In this document: piece after piece, positions 21,867 to 32,730 of the stretch
Numbering within the stretch: position 1 is the stretch's first letter
Layout of the letters: each line of letters begins with the position of its first letter
Assembly (NCBI GenBank): GCA_043797085.1
Contig: JAZDQA010000001.1
Span: 64,001 to 128,000, forward strand
Length of the DNA stretch: 64,000 nucleotides
Direction of reading: 5' to 3'
Source of the DNA: Pseudomonadota bacterium
GTDB lineage: Bacteria > Campylobacterota > Campylobacteria > Campylobacterales > Sulfurimonadaceae
Position numbers and translations under genes: made by a program
Notes under the pieces: model-generated
Told to the model about the DNA's origin: nothing
Database searches by the model: none
The model's input: the letters and a program-made list of their open reading frames with translations, nothing else

Positions 21867-23371
21867 TGTTAGAGCCAATTTCGATTTCGTTAGCCTCACT
21901 CAACATTACGACGATGGCTCCTATGTTGATTGCCATTGTCGGAGCATTGGCTATTTTGTGTATTGATTTAGTGAAAGAGGGTCTCCACAAATCTTTCTAT
22001 GTCATGGTAAGTTTACTTTTCTTATTGCTTGATTTGGGAGCGGTTGTTGATTTTGGAAATGTTTTCCTTAAAAACGGTACCGTTCTTGGTATGTTTGATA
22101 TGATGCTTATTGATGGTCTTGCTATTCTTTCACAGATCATTATTGTGGCGGGCTCCATGCTCTTTATCCCTTTGGCGCTCACGTCTAAGCGATTTCATGA
22201 GTATAACTATCCGGAGTATTTTGCCCTTTTCTTGTTTATGATTGCAGGTTTTCAATTTATGGTTGCCAGTGATAATCTTATCTTGATTTTTGTGGGACTT
22301 GAAACCGCTTCTTTGGCATTGTATACCCTTATTGCTCTTCATAACCGATCTAAATCGTTTGAAGCAGCAGTCAAATACTTTACCATGGGAGCACTAGCAG
22401 CAGGCTTTTTTGCTTTTGGTTCGATGATTTTTTACGCGATCACTGGGTCCGTTGAAATCAACCAAATAGCAGTAGCCCTTGCAAAAGACGAGTACGTCAA
22501 TATCGGTTTTGTCCTTGTTGCTGTTGTTTTCTTGTTGGCTGCTATCGGATTTAAACTCTCCATGGTTCCTTTCCATACATGGACTCCAGACGTTTATGAA
22601 GGTTCTTCTGCCGCATTAGCCGGATATATGTCGATTGTTCCTAAAATCGCGGGTTTCGTTGTTGCGATGCGCTTATTTGAATTCCTTGTCCACAGCGGAG
22701 TTGTATGGTTACAAGTTGTCCTTTATGTAGCAGTTGTAGTGACGATGACGGCATCCAATATCTGGGCATTGGTTCAAAACGATGTTAAGCGAATGTTGGC
22801 ATACAGTTCTATTTCCCATGCGGGTTTTGTTATGGCTGCAATTTTGATTGGAACAACTCAAGCCAATACCGCACTTTTCTTGTATTGGGCACTGTTTAGC
22901 TTCACGAATTTGGGTGCATTCTCAATGTTGTGGGTCAGTCGTCAGAAAAATCTAATTCCGGGACAAAGTTCGGATCATCCGTATGAAAAATTTGCAGGAC
23001 TTGTACATACCATGCCAATGGCTGCCATTATGATCGGCTTGTTTATGCTATCTCTTGCCGGAATTCCTCCCTTTGGTCTTTTTTGGGGTAAAATCTATAT
23101 GATTGGATCTGCGGTGAGCGCCGGATATACAATTCTTGCGTTAATTATGGCATTGAACTCTGCGATTGCAGCATATTACTATCTAAAACTCATCGTCTTT
23201 ATGTTTATGAAAGAGCCGATTCCTGAATATAAAAAATATTATTTGATGAATGCATCTCTGTCTCTTAAAACGATTATCGGGATTGCAGCGATTGGAACGA
23301 TCTTCGCCGTATTTGCCGTCAATCCACTTTTAAAAGTCATTACATTATTTGTGTATAATAGCGGATATTAA
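21866..23371 (+). CDS. nuoN: Complex I subunit N
   Basis: [29 protein letters not shown]. Confidence 0.96.
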   Translation: MLEPISISLASLNITTMAPMLIAIVGALAILCIDLVKEGLHKSFYVMVSLLFLLLDLGAVVDFGNVFLKNGTVLGMFDMMLIDGLAILSQIIIVAGSMLFIPLALTSKRFHEYNYPEYFALFLFMIAGFQFMVASDNLILIFVGLETASLALYTLIALHNRSKSFEAAVKYFTMGALAAGFFAFGSMIFYAITGSVEINQIAVALAKDEYVNIGFVLVAVVFLLAAIGFKLSMVPFHTWTPDVYEGSSAALAGYMSIVPKIAGFVVAMRLFEFLVHSGVVWLQVVLYVAVVVTMTASNIWALVQNDVKRMLAYSSISHAGFVMAAILIGTTQANTALFLYWALFSFTNLGAFSMLWVSRQKNLIPGQSSDHPYEKFAGLVHTMPMAAIMIGLFMLSLAGIPPFGLFWGKIYMIGSAVSAGYTILALIMALNSAIAAYYYLKLIVFMFMKEPIPEYKKYYLMNASLSLKTIIGIAAIGTIFAVFAVNPLLKVITLFVYNSGY

Positions 23372-23390
23372 ACATTACCTGGGAGCACCA

Positions 23391-25736
23391 ATGATACGAT
23401 GGCTTTTACTGCTGCCCTTCATTTGGCTTCCATTAAATGCATTAGAACTCTCTATCCAAAGCGGTAGAGAAGCATCCCAAAATTACAGTGTTTTACATTT
23501 AAGAGATTCTTTGCCGTTTCGCTGTATTTCGAATCGGAATGATTTTGAGGAAGTTATTGCCATTGAGTGCAACAGCACGAAAATGCGTTCACTTCCTCCC
23601 CTTCTAAACGCTCACTTTACCATCACACAAACACCCACTTCGATTATTATCAAACCTAAAACGAAAATAGCCCTTTTCCCAGTTGGATTTGATTTGCTGC
23701 ATGATTCTCAAATCTATTCTTCGGATCTAAAAAGAGTCAATCACTGGACGATTGTAGGATATACCAAAGAATTACCAATGCTAGGAAAGGAAAAATCCAA
23801 TCCTGATGCCATTAATATTCCGATGAAGCTGTCTAAAGAGAGTTTTCCTTTTGTAGGAGGGCTGGATCTTAAAGGCAATCCAATAAAGATGAAAAGCGTT
23901 CAAGACGTTAATGACTACATGGATCTCAAAAAAGCGTATAAGGTAAAAGATTATTCCAAAGTACTCTTTTTAGCGCGCGATGCACTTAAAAAACATCCTA
24001 CGACTATCTTTGCAAATGAGCTGATGCTTTATCAGCTGCGTGCATTACATTATTTAGGGCAATATGAGCCATTATTAACCCTCTCAAAGCAGTTTGTACG
24101 CCAGTATTCAAGTGACCAAAATATTGCCGAGGTGTTAGCATACACCGCGCATGCTCATGGTGAATTGGGGCAAAATATTGATTCGGATTATTTTTATGAC
24201 CGACTATTTACGGAACACGAAGAAGATCCTTTTTCGGAAAAAGGGATGTATTTTAAAGCAAAACAATTAGGAGTTCAAGGGAGTCCTAACAAAGCTGCAA
24301 AATATTACCGTGAGGCATTGTATCGGACCAAAGATGTGAATTTAGCCTCCGCATGTGCGTTTGAATTAGCACGTATAGAGATGGGTGGAGCAAATCCGGA
24401 AAAAGCAAAAGAGTACATTGACAAAATAACACGGGTGAATCCTGAATATTTTACCGAAGTACGTCCTGAAGCTGAAAAAATGATAGATGTTTTGGAAGGT
24501 CACAAGGATCCTCTTACGGCTGCAAAAATCATACAAAGCCTCATTAAAGGTGTTCTTCCCAAATCGCCAGATCATGAAGCCCTCCTTAAAAAATTAGGTG
24601 AATTGTATGCTCAAGGGAATAAAAAAGCTCAAGCTCTTGAAGCTTTTAATGAGTACATAAAACTTTTCCCGTACGGTGATGGGATTGCAGAAGTACGACG
24701 CTCTAAAGATGGTTTATTTTTTGAAAAAGAGGAAGTAAACGCAGAGAAAGAGATAAAAAAATACGACGATCTTATTGAGCGCTATGGAAATGATTCTATT
24801 GGGCGAAAAGCGTTGTATAAAAAAGCTCAACTCTTATTCAAAGAGGGAAAATTCGAAGCAATACTTGAGATGGAAAATGAACTTTATAAGCTGGATACAA
24901 CAGCATATCCTGAGAGTAATACTCTTATTTCTAAAAGCGCTATTGAAACTACCAAGAAAAAACTCCAAAACGGTAAATGTGCTGAAGCGCTTTCAATGCA
25001 AAAAATGTATCGCATTAAACTTTTGCCGCAGTGGGATGGGTTAACCTTTGAATGTGCCCTTAAAATGGGAAATTTTCCGGTAGCCAAGTCTTTAGCCCAA
25101 ACGCACAGTAAATCTAAAAATATAAAAGAGAAACAGGTGTGGCTAAATCGTTTGGCGAAAACGCATTTTGCATTGGGTGAATACGCTCAGGCTTTGCGTG
25201 TAGGAAAAGATGTTATTGCCTTGTTGGAAATAGAAAAAAATCCACCTCTCAATGAGATCTATCGCACAATGTTTGACAGTGCGCAGCGCAGTTCGGATGA
25301 TGTAGGAATGATAAACTATATAAAAGGGTGTGAGGGTGCTTTTGGAATTGCTTTTAATGACATAGAACGGTATTCGCAGATGGTCTCACTGGGATTAAAG
25401 AGAAAAGATGAGGCAATGGTACAAAGTTATTCCAGCAAGGTTATGGCATTGCAAAAGCGAACCGCAACGCGTACGCAGTCTCCGTTCATTGAGTTTACTC
25501 TCGCGCAATCGTTGATGAATCAAGAAAAAAATAAAGAGGCTTTGGCAGTTTTGAAAGGGTTGAATACACTTAAAATGAATTCTGAAAAGAAGTCGCGTCA
25601 ACAGTATCTTATTGGCTCATTGGCGATGAAAATGGGAAATAAAACCGAAGCAAAAGCAGCATTTAACAGCAGTATGAAAGCAGATAAAACATCGGCATGG
25701 GGAAAACTGGCTAAGGATGCGTTAGGATTGTTGTAG
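23391..25736 (+). CDS. pflA: Periplasmic TPR protein, paralyzed-flagellum protein PflA-like
   Basis: Signal peptide, ~780 aa with TPR-like helical repeats; pflA follows nuoN in C. jejuni and H. pylori. Confidence 0.75.
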   Translation: MIRWLLLLPFIWLPLNALELSIQSGREASQNYSVLHLRDSLPFRCISNRNDFEEVIAIECNSTKMRSLPPLLNAHFTITQTPTSIIIKPKTKIALFPVGFDLLHDSQIYSSDLKRVNHWTIVGYTKELPMLGKEKSNPDAINIPMKLSKESFPFVGGLDLKGNPIKMKSVQDVNDYMDLKKAYKVKDYSKVLFLARDALKKHPTTIFANELMLYQLRALHYLGQYEPLLTLSKQFVRQYSSDQNIAEVLAYTAHAHGELGQNIDSDYFYDRLFTEHEEDPFSEKGMYFKAKQLGVQGSPNKAAKYYREALYRTKDVNLASACAFELARIEMGGANPEKAKEYIDKITRVNPEYFTEVRPEAEKMIDVLEGHKDPLTAAKIIQSLIKGVLPKSPDHEALLKKLGELYAQGNKKAQALEAFNEYIKLFPYGDGIAEVRRSKDGLFFEKEEVNAEKEIKKYDDLIERYGNDSIGRKALYKKAQLLFKEGKFEAILEMENELYKLDTTAYPESNTLISKSAIETTKKKLQNGKCAEALSMQKMYRIKLLPQWDGLTFECALKMGNFPVAKSLAQTHSKSKNIKEKQVWLNRLAKTHFALGEYAQALRVGKDVIALLEIEKNPPLNEIYRTMFDSAQRSSDDVGMINYIKGCEGAFGIAFNDIERYSQMVSLGLKRKDEAMVQSYSSKVMALQKRTATRTQSPFIEFTLAQSLMNQEKNKEALAVLKGLNTLKMNSEKKSRQQYLIGSLAMKMGNKTEAKAAFNSSMKADKTSAWGKLAKDALGLL

Positions 25737-26610
25737 CCACTGCATACAACTCTTTGACTGATCCATTAGTAACATGCTCGAATTGATTTGCATTAAAAGT
25801 TTGTTGACGTTTTGCGAGTTGCGAGGTGTGGGTTGAAATCTCTTCGATAAGTGTTTGTTTATCAATCTTTCCATCCAAAAACTCTAATGTTTCGAGTATT
25901 CCGATTGCTTTCATGCTGTTGGGTGCTCTTCCATAAAGCCGCTCAAGTTCTGCCACTTCATCAATCAAACCTGAGCGCACCATTTTTTGTGTCCGCATCG
26001 CTATGCGTTCTCGTAAAAGCGGACGCTCAATCTCGATGTTAAGAATAGGGCAATGGGTGATAATGCTCTTGGGCGGATGTGCCGCAAACCATTGCGAAGG
26101 CGGCGTTGAGGTTTGGAGATAGAGATGGAGCATTTTTTCGATCCGATACGAATCATTAGGGGTAATCTTGATCATGGTAATCGGATCAACTTCGGATAAA
26201 AAACGGTGTGCCATCTCAAGATCACGCAACATTTCAGCAGCAACGCATTTGGTTTCATCGGTAATTTCAGGGACGTACGACAATCCATCAATCATACTTT
26301 TGAGATAAAAGCTGCTTCCTCCGACAAGTATAAGGTTTTTCCCTTGCAACGTTGCAGCTTCATACGCACGGTGATATTCGTCTATAAAGGTAAAAACCGT
26401 TGCGGTTTCATTGGGAGCAAGACAATTAATCCCAAAATGCTCAACACTTGCAAGCTCATCATGAGAGGGTTTTGCGGAAGCTATGTCAATTTCTTTGTAG
26501 ATACTCAAGGAGTCAATGGAGAGGATGAGAGCGTTATGCTCCTGTGCAAGCTGTAGAGCAAGAGCACTTTTTCCTGAGGCAGTAGAGCCGATGAGTGCGA
26601 GTTGTTTCAT
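25711..26610 (-). CDS. miaA: tRNA dimethylallyltransferase
   Basis: GSTASGKS, SIDSLSIYK, LAKRQ; start at 26610 chosen from TATAAT-N7-ATG. Confidence 0.95.
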   Translation of the reverse strand: MKQLALIGSTASGKSALALQLAQEHNALILSIDSLSIYKEIDIASAKPSHDELASVEHFGINCLAPNETATVFTFIDEYHRAYEAATLQGKNLILVGGSSFYLKSMIDGLSYVPEITDETKCVAAEMLRDLEMAHRFLSEVDPITMIKITPNDSYRIEKMLHLYLQTSTPPSQWFAAHPPKSIITHCPILNIEIERPLLRERIAMRTQKMVRSGLIDEVAELERLYGRAPNSMKAIGILETLEFLDGKIDKQTLIEEISTHTSQLAKRQQTFNANQFEHVTNGSVKELYAVATTILTHP

Positions 26611-26656
26611 GAGAGACATTATATCTCAAAGTGAATTTACGATAAAATAAAAAAAA

Positions 26657-26745
26657 CGTCATTCCCGCTAAGGCAGGAATCAAGCTATCTTTTAAGATGG
26701 ATCCCCGGATCTACCCTAAAGGGCACGTGAAGTCCGAGGATGACG
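26657..26745. repeat. CGTC-type palindromic REP-like element (two facing hairpins) with internal 18-nt insert
   Basis: CGTCATTCCCGCTAAGGCAGGAATC...GGATCCCCGGATC[TACCCTAAAGGGCACGTG]AAGTCCGAGGATGACG; homologous to 56955-57030. Confidence 0.85.
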
Positions 26746-26763
26746 AAGATTTAAAGGGTATGA

Positions 26764-27624
26764 GTGAAGAGAATCGCCAAACGTTTACGAGATTTTAATG
26801 AACTGGTGATGTTTCAGCACTCCGTTTTCTCTCTCCCTTTTATTTTTATTGCAATGGTAGTATCTGCGGATGGATGGTTTGGATTTAAACTTCTTATTTT
26901 AGGGGCATTAGCGGCAATCAGTGCTCGTAATACTGCCATGGGATTTAACCGTTACGTAGACAGAGCGTATGATATGCACAACCCTCGTACTGCCAACCGC
27001 CCCAGTGTTGATGGGAGACTAAGGGGTAGCTCTATCGCTATTTTTACCCTCATTAACGCACTGATATTTATCGGCGTTACGTATATGGTGAATGATTTGG
27101 CATTTATGGTCAGCGTTCCGGTTCTTATAATTTTGTTGAGCTACTCCTATTTTAAACGTTTTAGCTCCATGGCACATATCGTATTGGGAATCTCCTTGGG
27201 ACTTGCACCGATGGCAGGAGCCATTGCTGTGAGTGCATCCGTACCGTTATGGTCGATTTATCTCAGTCTTGGAGTAATGTTTTGGGTAGCAGGATTTGAT
27301 TTATTGTACTCATTGCAGGATATGGAATTCGATATTACCAACAATCTTCATTCGATTCCTTCCCGTTATGGGAGCAGTGTAACACTCAATCTCTCTCTGG
27401 TGTTTCATTTTTTAACCATTATTTTCTGGGGATTATTTGTGGCAGCTGCCAATTTGGGAAGTGTTGCCCAATTGGGCATCTTTTTGTCGATTCTTATGTT
27501 AGGATATGAACATTATTTGGTTCGTAAAGATTTTACCAAAATTGACCGAGCCTTTTTTACGATTAACGGGTATTTAGGGTTTGTATTTTTTGGATGTGTA
27601 ATTTTAGATAAGGTGATACGATGA
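26764..27624 (+). CDS. mqnP: UbiA-family prenyltransferase of the futalosine menaquinone pathway
   Basis: NRYVDRAYDMHNPRT.NRP, FDLLYSLQD, AFFTING; GTG start. Confidence 0.88.
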   Translation: MKRIAKRLRDFNELVMFQHSVFSLPFIFIAMVVSADGWFGFKLLILGALAAISARNTAMGFNRYVDRAYDMHNPRTANRPSVDGRLRGSSIAIFTLINALIFIGVTYMVNDLAFMVSVPVLIILLSYSYFKRFSSMAHIVLGISLGLAPMAGAIAVSASVPLWSIYLSLGVMFWVAGFDLLYSLQDMEFDITNNLHSIPSRYGSSVTLNLSLVFHFLTIIFWGLFVAAANLGSVAQLGIFLSILMLGYEHYLVRKDFTKIDRAFFTINGYLGFVFFGCVILDKVIR

Positions 27625-28142
27625 GCAATGTACGATTAGTAGAAGCCTCTTTAGAGATAACCTACGATCTCCTAGAAGGAAACGAAGATACGTTTGAAAA
27701 AGAGTTCAATCGTAATGATGATCACAATGATGATGCAATAGGGCAATGGCTCAGAAGTGCGAAAGTTAAAGGAGATACCAGTGAAAGTGATCCTCTAGTA
27801 TTAAATTTAATGGTTGAGTTATTTCGAAAAATGGATCGTCTGGAAAATCTTATTTTAGGAAAGACATCTAATCGTATTGCACTTAAAATAAACGGAACAA
27901 TTGAAAAAATTGGTTTGGAGCATTTTGAGCTCTCTCAACCCATTTTGGAAACGTCTAAGCTCTATTATGGACGGGTTGAATTACCGAATTTGCTGCATCG
28001 GGAAACCCCGATGTATTTTGAAGCACTTTCTCCGACGTTAGCAAAAATCACCCGAATGCACGTCAAAGACAGCAATGAATGGGCGATTTACATGACGGCA
28101 CGTGAACGAAGTATGATCCGCCATTTAAAAGGACTTGAATGA
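27621..28142 (+). CDS. Hypothetical protein, possible FlgX-like degenerate PilZ stator chaperone
   Basis: 173 aa, position after mqnP matches C. jejuni Cj0163c (flgX) as recalled; helix followed by beta-rich region. Confidence 0.5.
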   Translation: MSNVRLVEASLEITYDLLEGNEDTFEKEFNRNDDHNDDAIGQWLRSAKVKGDTSESDPLVLNLMVELFRKMDRLENLILGKTSNRIALKINGTIEKIGLEHFELSQPILETSKLYYGRVELPNLLHRETPMYFEALSPTLAKITRMHVKDSNEWAIYMTARERSMIRHLKGLE

Positions 28143-28654
28143 CATTGGGGATCGAATTAGTCCTAATTGCGCTGGCTGCTTTGGTTCTTGGGCTTATTTA
28201 TTATTCGGTGACCAAAGAAAACGAGACCAGTAGCCGTCTTCGTGCCATTGTACACGCCGTCGAAGAGTTGCACCGAGAAGTATATAAAATAGATAAACGC
28301 CTCACTGCGGAGATGGAGATTCTCACATCCCTACAAGAAAGTGCGCCCGAAACATCCCAAAGAGCATACGAGCAGCGCGGTCATGATATGAATGAGCTCT
28401 CCGTACCGATTATGGAGTCATTAGGACACATCGAGGGGGCATTTGGAGCCTACAAAGAGAAAACAGAAAACCGTCTGCGCTATTTGGAAGAGCGTATTCG
28501 TAACTTATCACTGCCAACATCCATAAGCGGTTTGGATGATGAAAAAGTGATTAGCCGTTATAACCAAGGGTTAGAAGTAGATATGATTGCAAAAGAGTTG
28601 CGATTGTCAAAAGCAGAAGTAGAATTTGTACTAAAGATAAATCAACTGAGATAG
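28139..28654 (+). CDS. Membrane-anchored coiled-coil protein with C-terminal HTH-like domain (DUF6115/DUF2802-like)
   Basis: N-terminal TM helix, coiled coil, C-terminal G..VDMIAKELRLSKAEVEFVLK. Confidence 0.7.
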   Translation: MTLGIELVLIALAALVLGLIYYSVTKENETSSRLRAIVHAVEELHREVYKIDKRLTAEMEILTSLQESAPETSQRAYEQRGHDMNELSVPIMESLGHIEGAFGAYKEKTENRLRYLEERIRNLSLPTSISGLDDEKVISRYNQGLEVDMIAKELRLSKAEVEFVLKINQLR

Positions 28655-28712
28655 TATTTTATTGAATTTGATTTATTAAATTGAAAGTAAGTTGTGAGGA
28701 GAATCTATAAAA

Positions 28713-28789
28713 TGGTGCGCCCGAAGGAATTCGAATCCCTGACCGCCGGTACCGCAAACCGGTGCTCTATCCAGCTGAGCTACGGACGC
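28713..28789 (-). tRNA. tRNA-Arg (anticodon GCG)
   Basis: Reverse complement GCGTCCG...CCGGT-TTGCGGT-ACCGG...CGGGCGC-ACCA, 77 nt; TATAAT upstream near 28808-28813. Confidence 0.95.
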
Positions 28790-28845
28790 ACATTAAAGAG
28801 AACGAAATTATAGCCCATAAAGCTTAAAGGCTATTTAAACGCACT

Positions 28846-29175
28846 TTAGTCTTTATTCTTTCGTGCGGCAACGTCTTTTAAGAAGCTTTCCAAGTCGTAT
28901 TTAAGACGGTATTGTGGAGTTAAAATATGGATAAGAATATCACCCAAATCAATAGCAACCCAATCGCCGCTTTCGTCAACGTACAAAAACTGTTCTTCAG
29001 GTTTAAGTCCTCTTTTGAGGTGATCAAGTAACGCGATGGTATGACGCTCCCCTAATGATGATGCAAGGACAACATAGTCAGCGAAATAGTCACTGCCGAT
29101 GAGTTCAAATACTTCGATGTTTTCTGCTTTGTTCATATCGAGAATAGAACTGATTTTTTCAATTCGTGGGTTCAT
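28846..29175 (-). CDS. rsfS: Ribosome silencing factor
   Basis: KAENIEV, WVAIDLGDILIHI, YDLE; start MNPRI at 29175. Confidence 0.93.
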   Translation of the reverse strand: MNPRIEKISSILDMNKAENIEVFELIGSDYFADYVVLASSLGERHTIALLDHLKRGLKPEEQFLYVDESGDWVAIDLGDILIHILTPQYRLKYDLESFLKDVAARKNKD

Positions 29176-29704
29176 AATGTTCCTTATAGTATGTTGTAAT
29201 GTCATTTTCGATTTCCTCATCCAGTCCAAGAGAACCAAACGAGTGGCGAAAATCGGTTGAACTAACCCCCTCATTTACAGGGAGGGTGATCATTTCGTTG
29301 GGAATGGGTATTCCGTCTCGAGAGGCTACGACAAACGTCACCATCGTGCGCAGTGTGTCAATATCGCGCCACTCTTGGAGCGTTACTAAATTATCGGCTC
29401 CGATGATTACATAGAGCTTGTCACATGTTTTCGCGTAATGACGTACGGTTTCAATCGTATAAACGCTTCTGTGTTGGTCAATCTCAAATGAGCTTATCTC
29501 AATTTTTGGAGTTGATACAAATATCTTTTGTAACCAACGTAACCGCTGTATACCATCGGCACTCACGGAGGGCTTAAACGGGTTTTTAAATGCCGGAACG
29601 ATAATAAGCTTATCAATCTCCAGTATTTCAAGTGCTTTAAGTGCTACACGTACATGCCCGATATGAGGTGGATCGAAACTACCGCCATACAGAGCAATGT
29701 TCAT
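29159..29704 (-). CDS. nadD: Nicotinate-nucleotide adenylyltransferase
   Basis: GGSFDPPHIGH, IIGADN, VSST. Confidence 0.95.
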   Translation of the reverse strand: MNIALYGGSFDPPHIGHVRVALKALEILEIDKLIIVPAFKNPFKPSVSADGIQRLRWLQKIFVSTPKIEISSFEIDQHRSVYTIETVRHYAKTCDKLYVIIGADNLVTLQEWRDIDTLRTMVTFVVASRDGIPIPNEMITLPVNEGVSSTDFRHSFGSLGLDEEIENDITTYYKEHYEPTN

Positions 29705-29781
29705 CTATAACTTCTTTTAAACGAAATTATAACCGATTTTTGGTAAAATCCTCTTATTATGATAACAAGGGAAATAGTTTT

Positions 29782-30795
29782 ATGGCGTTAAAAATCGCTA
29801 TCAATGGATTCGGTCGAATAGGACGCTGTGTAACTCGCCTTATTGCCGGACGTGAGGATGTGGAATTGGTTGCCATTAATGACATGGCATCCATAGAAAT
29901 GATGTGCTATCTTTTACAAAATGATTCCGTGCATGGGCAATTTAATGCAGTTTCTGTCATCGACACACAGTATCTCAAAATTGGTTCGGATAAGGTTCGT
30001 GTATTTTGTGAAAAAAATCCGGAAAATCTTGATTTTGGAGCATGCGGTGCTGATGTGGTTTTGGAGTGCAGCGGATTATTTTTGACGGGTGAAGCAACGC
30101 GTCATCATTTGGGCAAAGGGGTCAAAAAAGTGATTCTCTCTGCCCCTACTCAAGATGCGCAAATCCCCACGTTTGTATTGGGTGTAAACGAACATTTGTA
30201 CCAAGGTGAGGATATAATTTCCAATGCTTCGTGTACAACGAACTGTTTAGGACCGATTGCTCGGATTTTAGACGAAGAGCTGGGCATTGAAAAAGGGTTG
30301 ATGACGACGATTCATGCGTATACAAACGGACAAGCGATCATCGATACGGCACACGCGCAAGACAAGCGCCGTTCTCGCGCAGCAGGGGTCAATATGGTTC
30401 CCACAACGACGGGTGCGGCAAAAGCGATTAGTTTGGTTCTCCCAAATTTAGAAGGAAAACTGCACGGTCAAAGTGTTCGTGTTCCTACGCCGGATGTGTC
30501 GATGGTGGATTTGAATGTAGTTGTTTCAAAAAAAACGACGAAAGAAGAGATCAGTGCTCTTTTCAAATCGTATGCCAACGGTTCAATGCGCGGGATTTTA
30601 GAAATTGATGAGCGGTATCGTGTGTCGCAGGATTTTGTAGGATCATCTTTTAGTGCTACAGTTGCAGATGATTTGATCCAAGTCATCGACGGAGATTTGA
30701 TCAAGATTATGGCATGGTACGATAACGAATGGGGATATTCGAATCGATTGATTGATATGGCATTGTATATTACCAACACCAAAGGAGTAAAATGA
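29782..30795 (+). CDS. gap: Glyceraldehyde-3-phosphate dehydrogenase, type I
   Basis: [27 protein letters not shown]; start MALKI at 29782. Confidence 0.98.
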   Translation: MALKIAINGFGRIGRCVTRLIAGREDVELVAINDMASIEMMCYLLQNDSVHGQFNAVSVIDTQYLKIGSDKVRVFCEKNPENLDFGACGADVVLECSGLFLTGEATRHHLGKGVKKVILSAPTQDAQIPTFVLGVNEHLYQGEDIISNASCTTNCLGPIARILDEELGIEKGLMTTIHAYTNGQAIIDTAHAQDKRRSRAAGVNMVPTTTGAAKAISLVLPNLEGKLHGQSVRVPTPDVSMVDLNVVVSKKTTKEEISALFKSYANGSMRGILEIDERYRVSQDFVGSSFSATVADDLIQVIDGDLIKIMAWYDNEWGYSNRLIDMALYITNTKGVK

Positions 30796-31985
30796 AACTG
30801 TTAAGCATAAAAGAGTGTGACGTATTTCAGAAAAAAGTATTTATTCGTTGTGATTTTAACGTCCCTATGGACGATTTTGGCAATATTACGGACGATCGCC
30901 GTATCCGTTCAGCGGTTTCAACGATCAAATATTGTCTCGATCAAGAGTGCGCGATTATTTTAGCGTCCCATTTTGGTCGTCCAAAAGCGGGTGTGTTTAG
31001 TCCGGAAGATTCTCTCTCGCCTGTAGCACGAAGACTTCATCAATTGCTGAAAGTGGATGTTGTATTAGCATCTGATGTCATTGGAGAGGATGCAAAAACA
31101 CGTGCTTCCAATCTCGCTTGCGGAGAAGTATTATTACTTGAAAATCTTCGATTTGAAGCAGGAGAAACCAAAAATGATCCTGAGTTGAGTGCTTCATTGG
31201 CTGCATTAGCTGAGGTATATATCAATGATGCCTTTGGTGTCAGTCATCGTGCTCATGCTTCAGTGGCAGGAATAACGGAGCATTTTGACAATGCGCACAA
31301 AGCAGCAGGATTTTTACTTCTCAAAGAAATTGAATTTTTTGATACGTTGCTAGAGCATCCGGTTCGTCCTTTTGCCGCTATAGTGGGAGGTTCTAAGGTT
31401 TCGGGAAAACTTGAAGCATTAGTCAATCTTTTACCGCGTGTGGATAAAATTTTGATCGGCGGCGGGATGGCGTTTACCTTTTTAAAAGCCTTGGGATACA
31501 ACATCGGGAATTCTCTGGTCGAAGATGATTTGCTCGGTGAAGCAGAAAAAATCATGCTTGAAGCAAAACGTTTGGGTGTTAAGTTTTATTTGCCGGTTGA
31601 CGTTTTGGCGGCAGAAAAGTTCAGTGCGGATTCTCATGTACGGATGGTAAGTGCGCAAGAAATTCCAGATGGCTGGATGGGGCTTGATATCGGGTATGCT
31701 ACGGTAGAGTTGTACCGTGTCGTGCTTGAAGATGTTGAAACCGTATTGTGGAATGGTCCTATGGGCGTATTCGAGATCGAAAAATTTGCCAAGGGATCGA
31801 ATCGCATAGCGCATATCGTAGCAGAAATGAACGCAACGACCGTCGTTGGCGGTGGAGATACAGCGGATCTGGTACAGCGTGTGGGCGTGGATGAAGAGAT
31901 GAGTTTTATCTCGACAGGCGGCGGTGCGTCACTGGAACTATTAGAGGGTAAAGTGCTCCCGGGCGTAAAACCTTTGATGAAATAA
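30792..31985 (+). CDS. pgk: Phosphoglycerate kinase
   Basis: [23 protein letters not shown]. Confidence 0.98.
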   Translation: MKLLSIKECDVFQKKVFIRCDFNVPMDDFGNITDDRRIRSAVSTIKYCLDQECAIILASHFGRPKAGVFSPEDSLSPVARRLHQLLKVDVVLASDVIGEDAKTRASNLACGEVLLLENLRFEAGETKNDPELSASLAALAEVYINDAFGVSHRAHASVAGITEHFDNAHKAAGFLLLKEIEFFDTLLEHPVRPFAAIVGGSKVSGKLEALVNLLPRVDKILIGGGMAFTFLKALGYNIGNSLVEDDLLGEAEKIMLEAKRLGVKFYLPVDVLAAEKFSADSHVRMVSAQEIPDGWMGLDIGYATVELYRVVLEDVETVLWNGPMGVFEIEKFAKGSNRIAHIVAEMNATTVVGGGDTADLVQRVGVDEEMSFISTGGGASLELLEGKVLPGVKPLMK

Positions 31986-31997
31986 AAGGATAGTGTC

Positions 31998-32705
31998 ATG
32001 ATACTTTGTGCCAATTTTAAAGCCAATAAAACGAGTCAAGAGACTAGAGCATACATGGCGGTTGTTGAATCGTTTGTCTCTGCCAACGAAATCGACGATA
32101 CGGTTATTGTTTTCCCTCCTTTTACTGCATTGGAACACATTCCTAGAAATGTTCTGATCGGAGTTCAAAATGCGTATCCGGTTGCTAATGGAGCGTTTAC
32201 AGGTGAAATTGCATTGGAGCAACTGGAAGAATTTGACATTAAAACGATTCTTATCGGTCATTCTGAGCGTCGTCATATTTTGGGCGAAACGCAAGAACAA
32301 ATTGCGGCAAAATTCCGTTTTTTCGCAAGCCAAGGATTTGTCATCGTCTATTGTGTCGGTGAACCTCTTGGTATTAGACAGCAGGGTGATGAAGCATTGA
32401 TGAGCTACATCGAGGCACAATTTGATGGGATTGATCTGAGTTATTCTGATCTTATTTTGGCATACGAGCCGGTATGGGCTATTGGAACCGGATTAACACC
32501 TACGAATACACAAATCGAAGCCGTACATGCTGCTTTACGTCTAAAAACAACCGCTCCATTACTGTATGGTGGAAGTGTCAAAGTAGACAATGCAGGTGAA
32601 ATTATGGCACTGAGCAATGTGGACGGTGTTTTAGTGGGTTCTGCATCTTTAAGTGCGCATGATTTTTGTGAGATGATCGCGCAAGCGGCAGAGTTGGCAA
32701 AATAA
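31998..32705 (+). CDS. tpiA: Triosephosphate isomerase
   Basis: ANFK, GHSERR, AYEPVWAIGTG, YGGSV. Confidence 0.98.
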   Translation: MILCANFKANKTSQETRAYMAVVESFVSANEIDDTVIVFPPFTALEHIPRNVLIGVQNAYPVANGAFTGEIALEQLEEFDIKTILIGHSERRHILGETQEQIAAKFRFFASQGFVIVYCVGEPLGIRQQGDEALMSYIEAQFDGIDLSYSDLILAYEPVWAIGTGLTPTNTQIEAVHAALRLKTTAPLLYGGSVKVDNAGEIMALSNVDGVLVGSASLSAHDFCEMIAQAAELAK

Positions 32706-32730
32706 GTATTAAGTGGAAGAACTTAAAATA

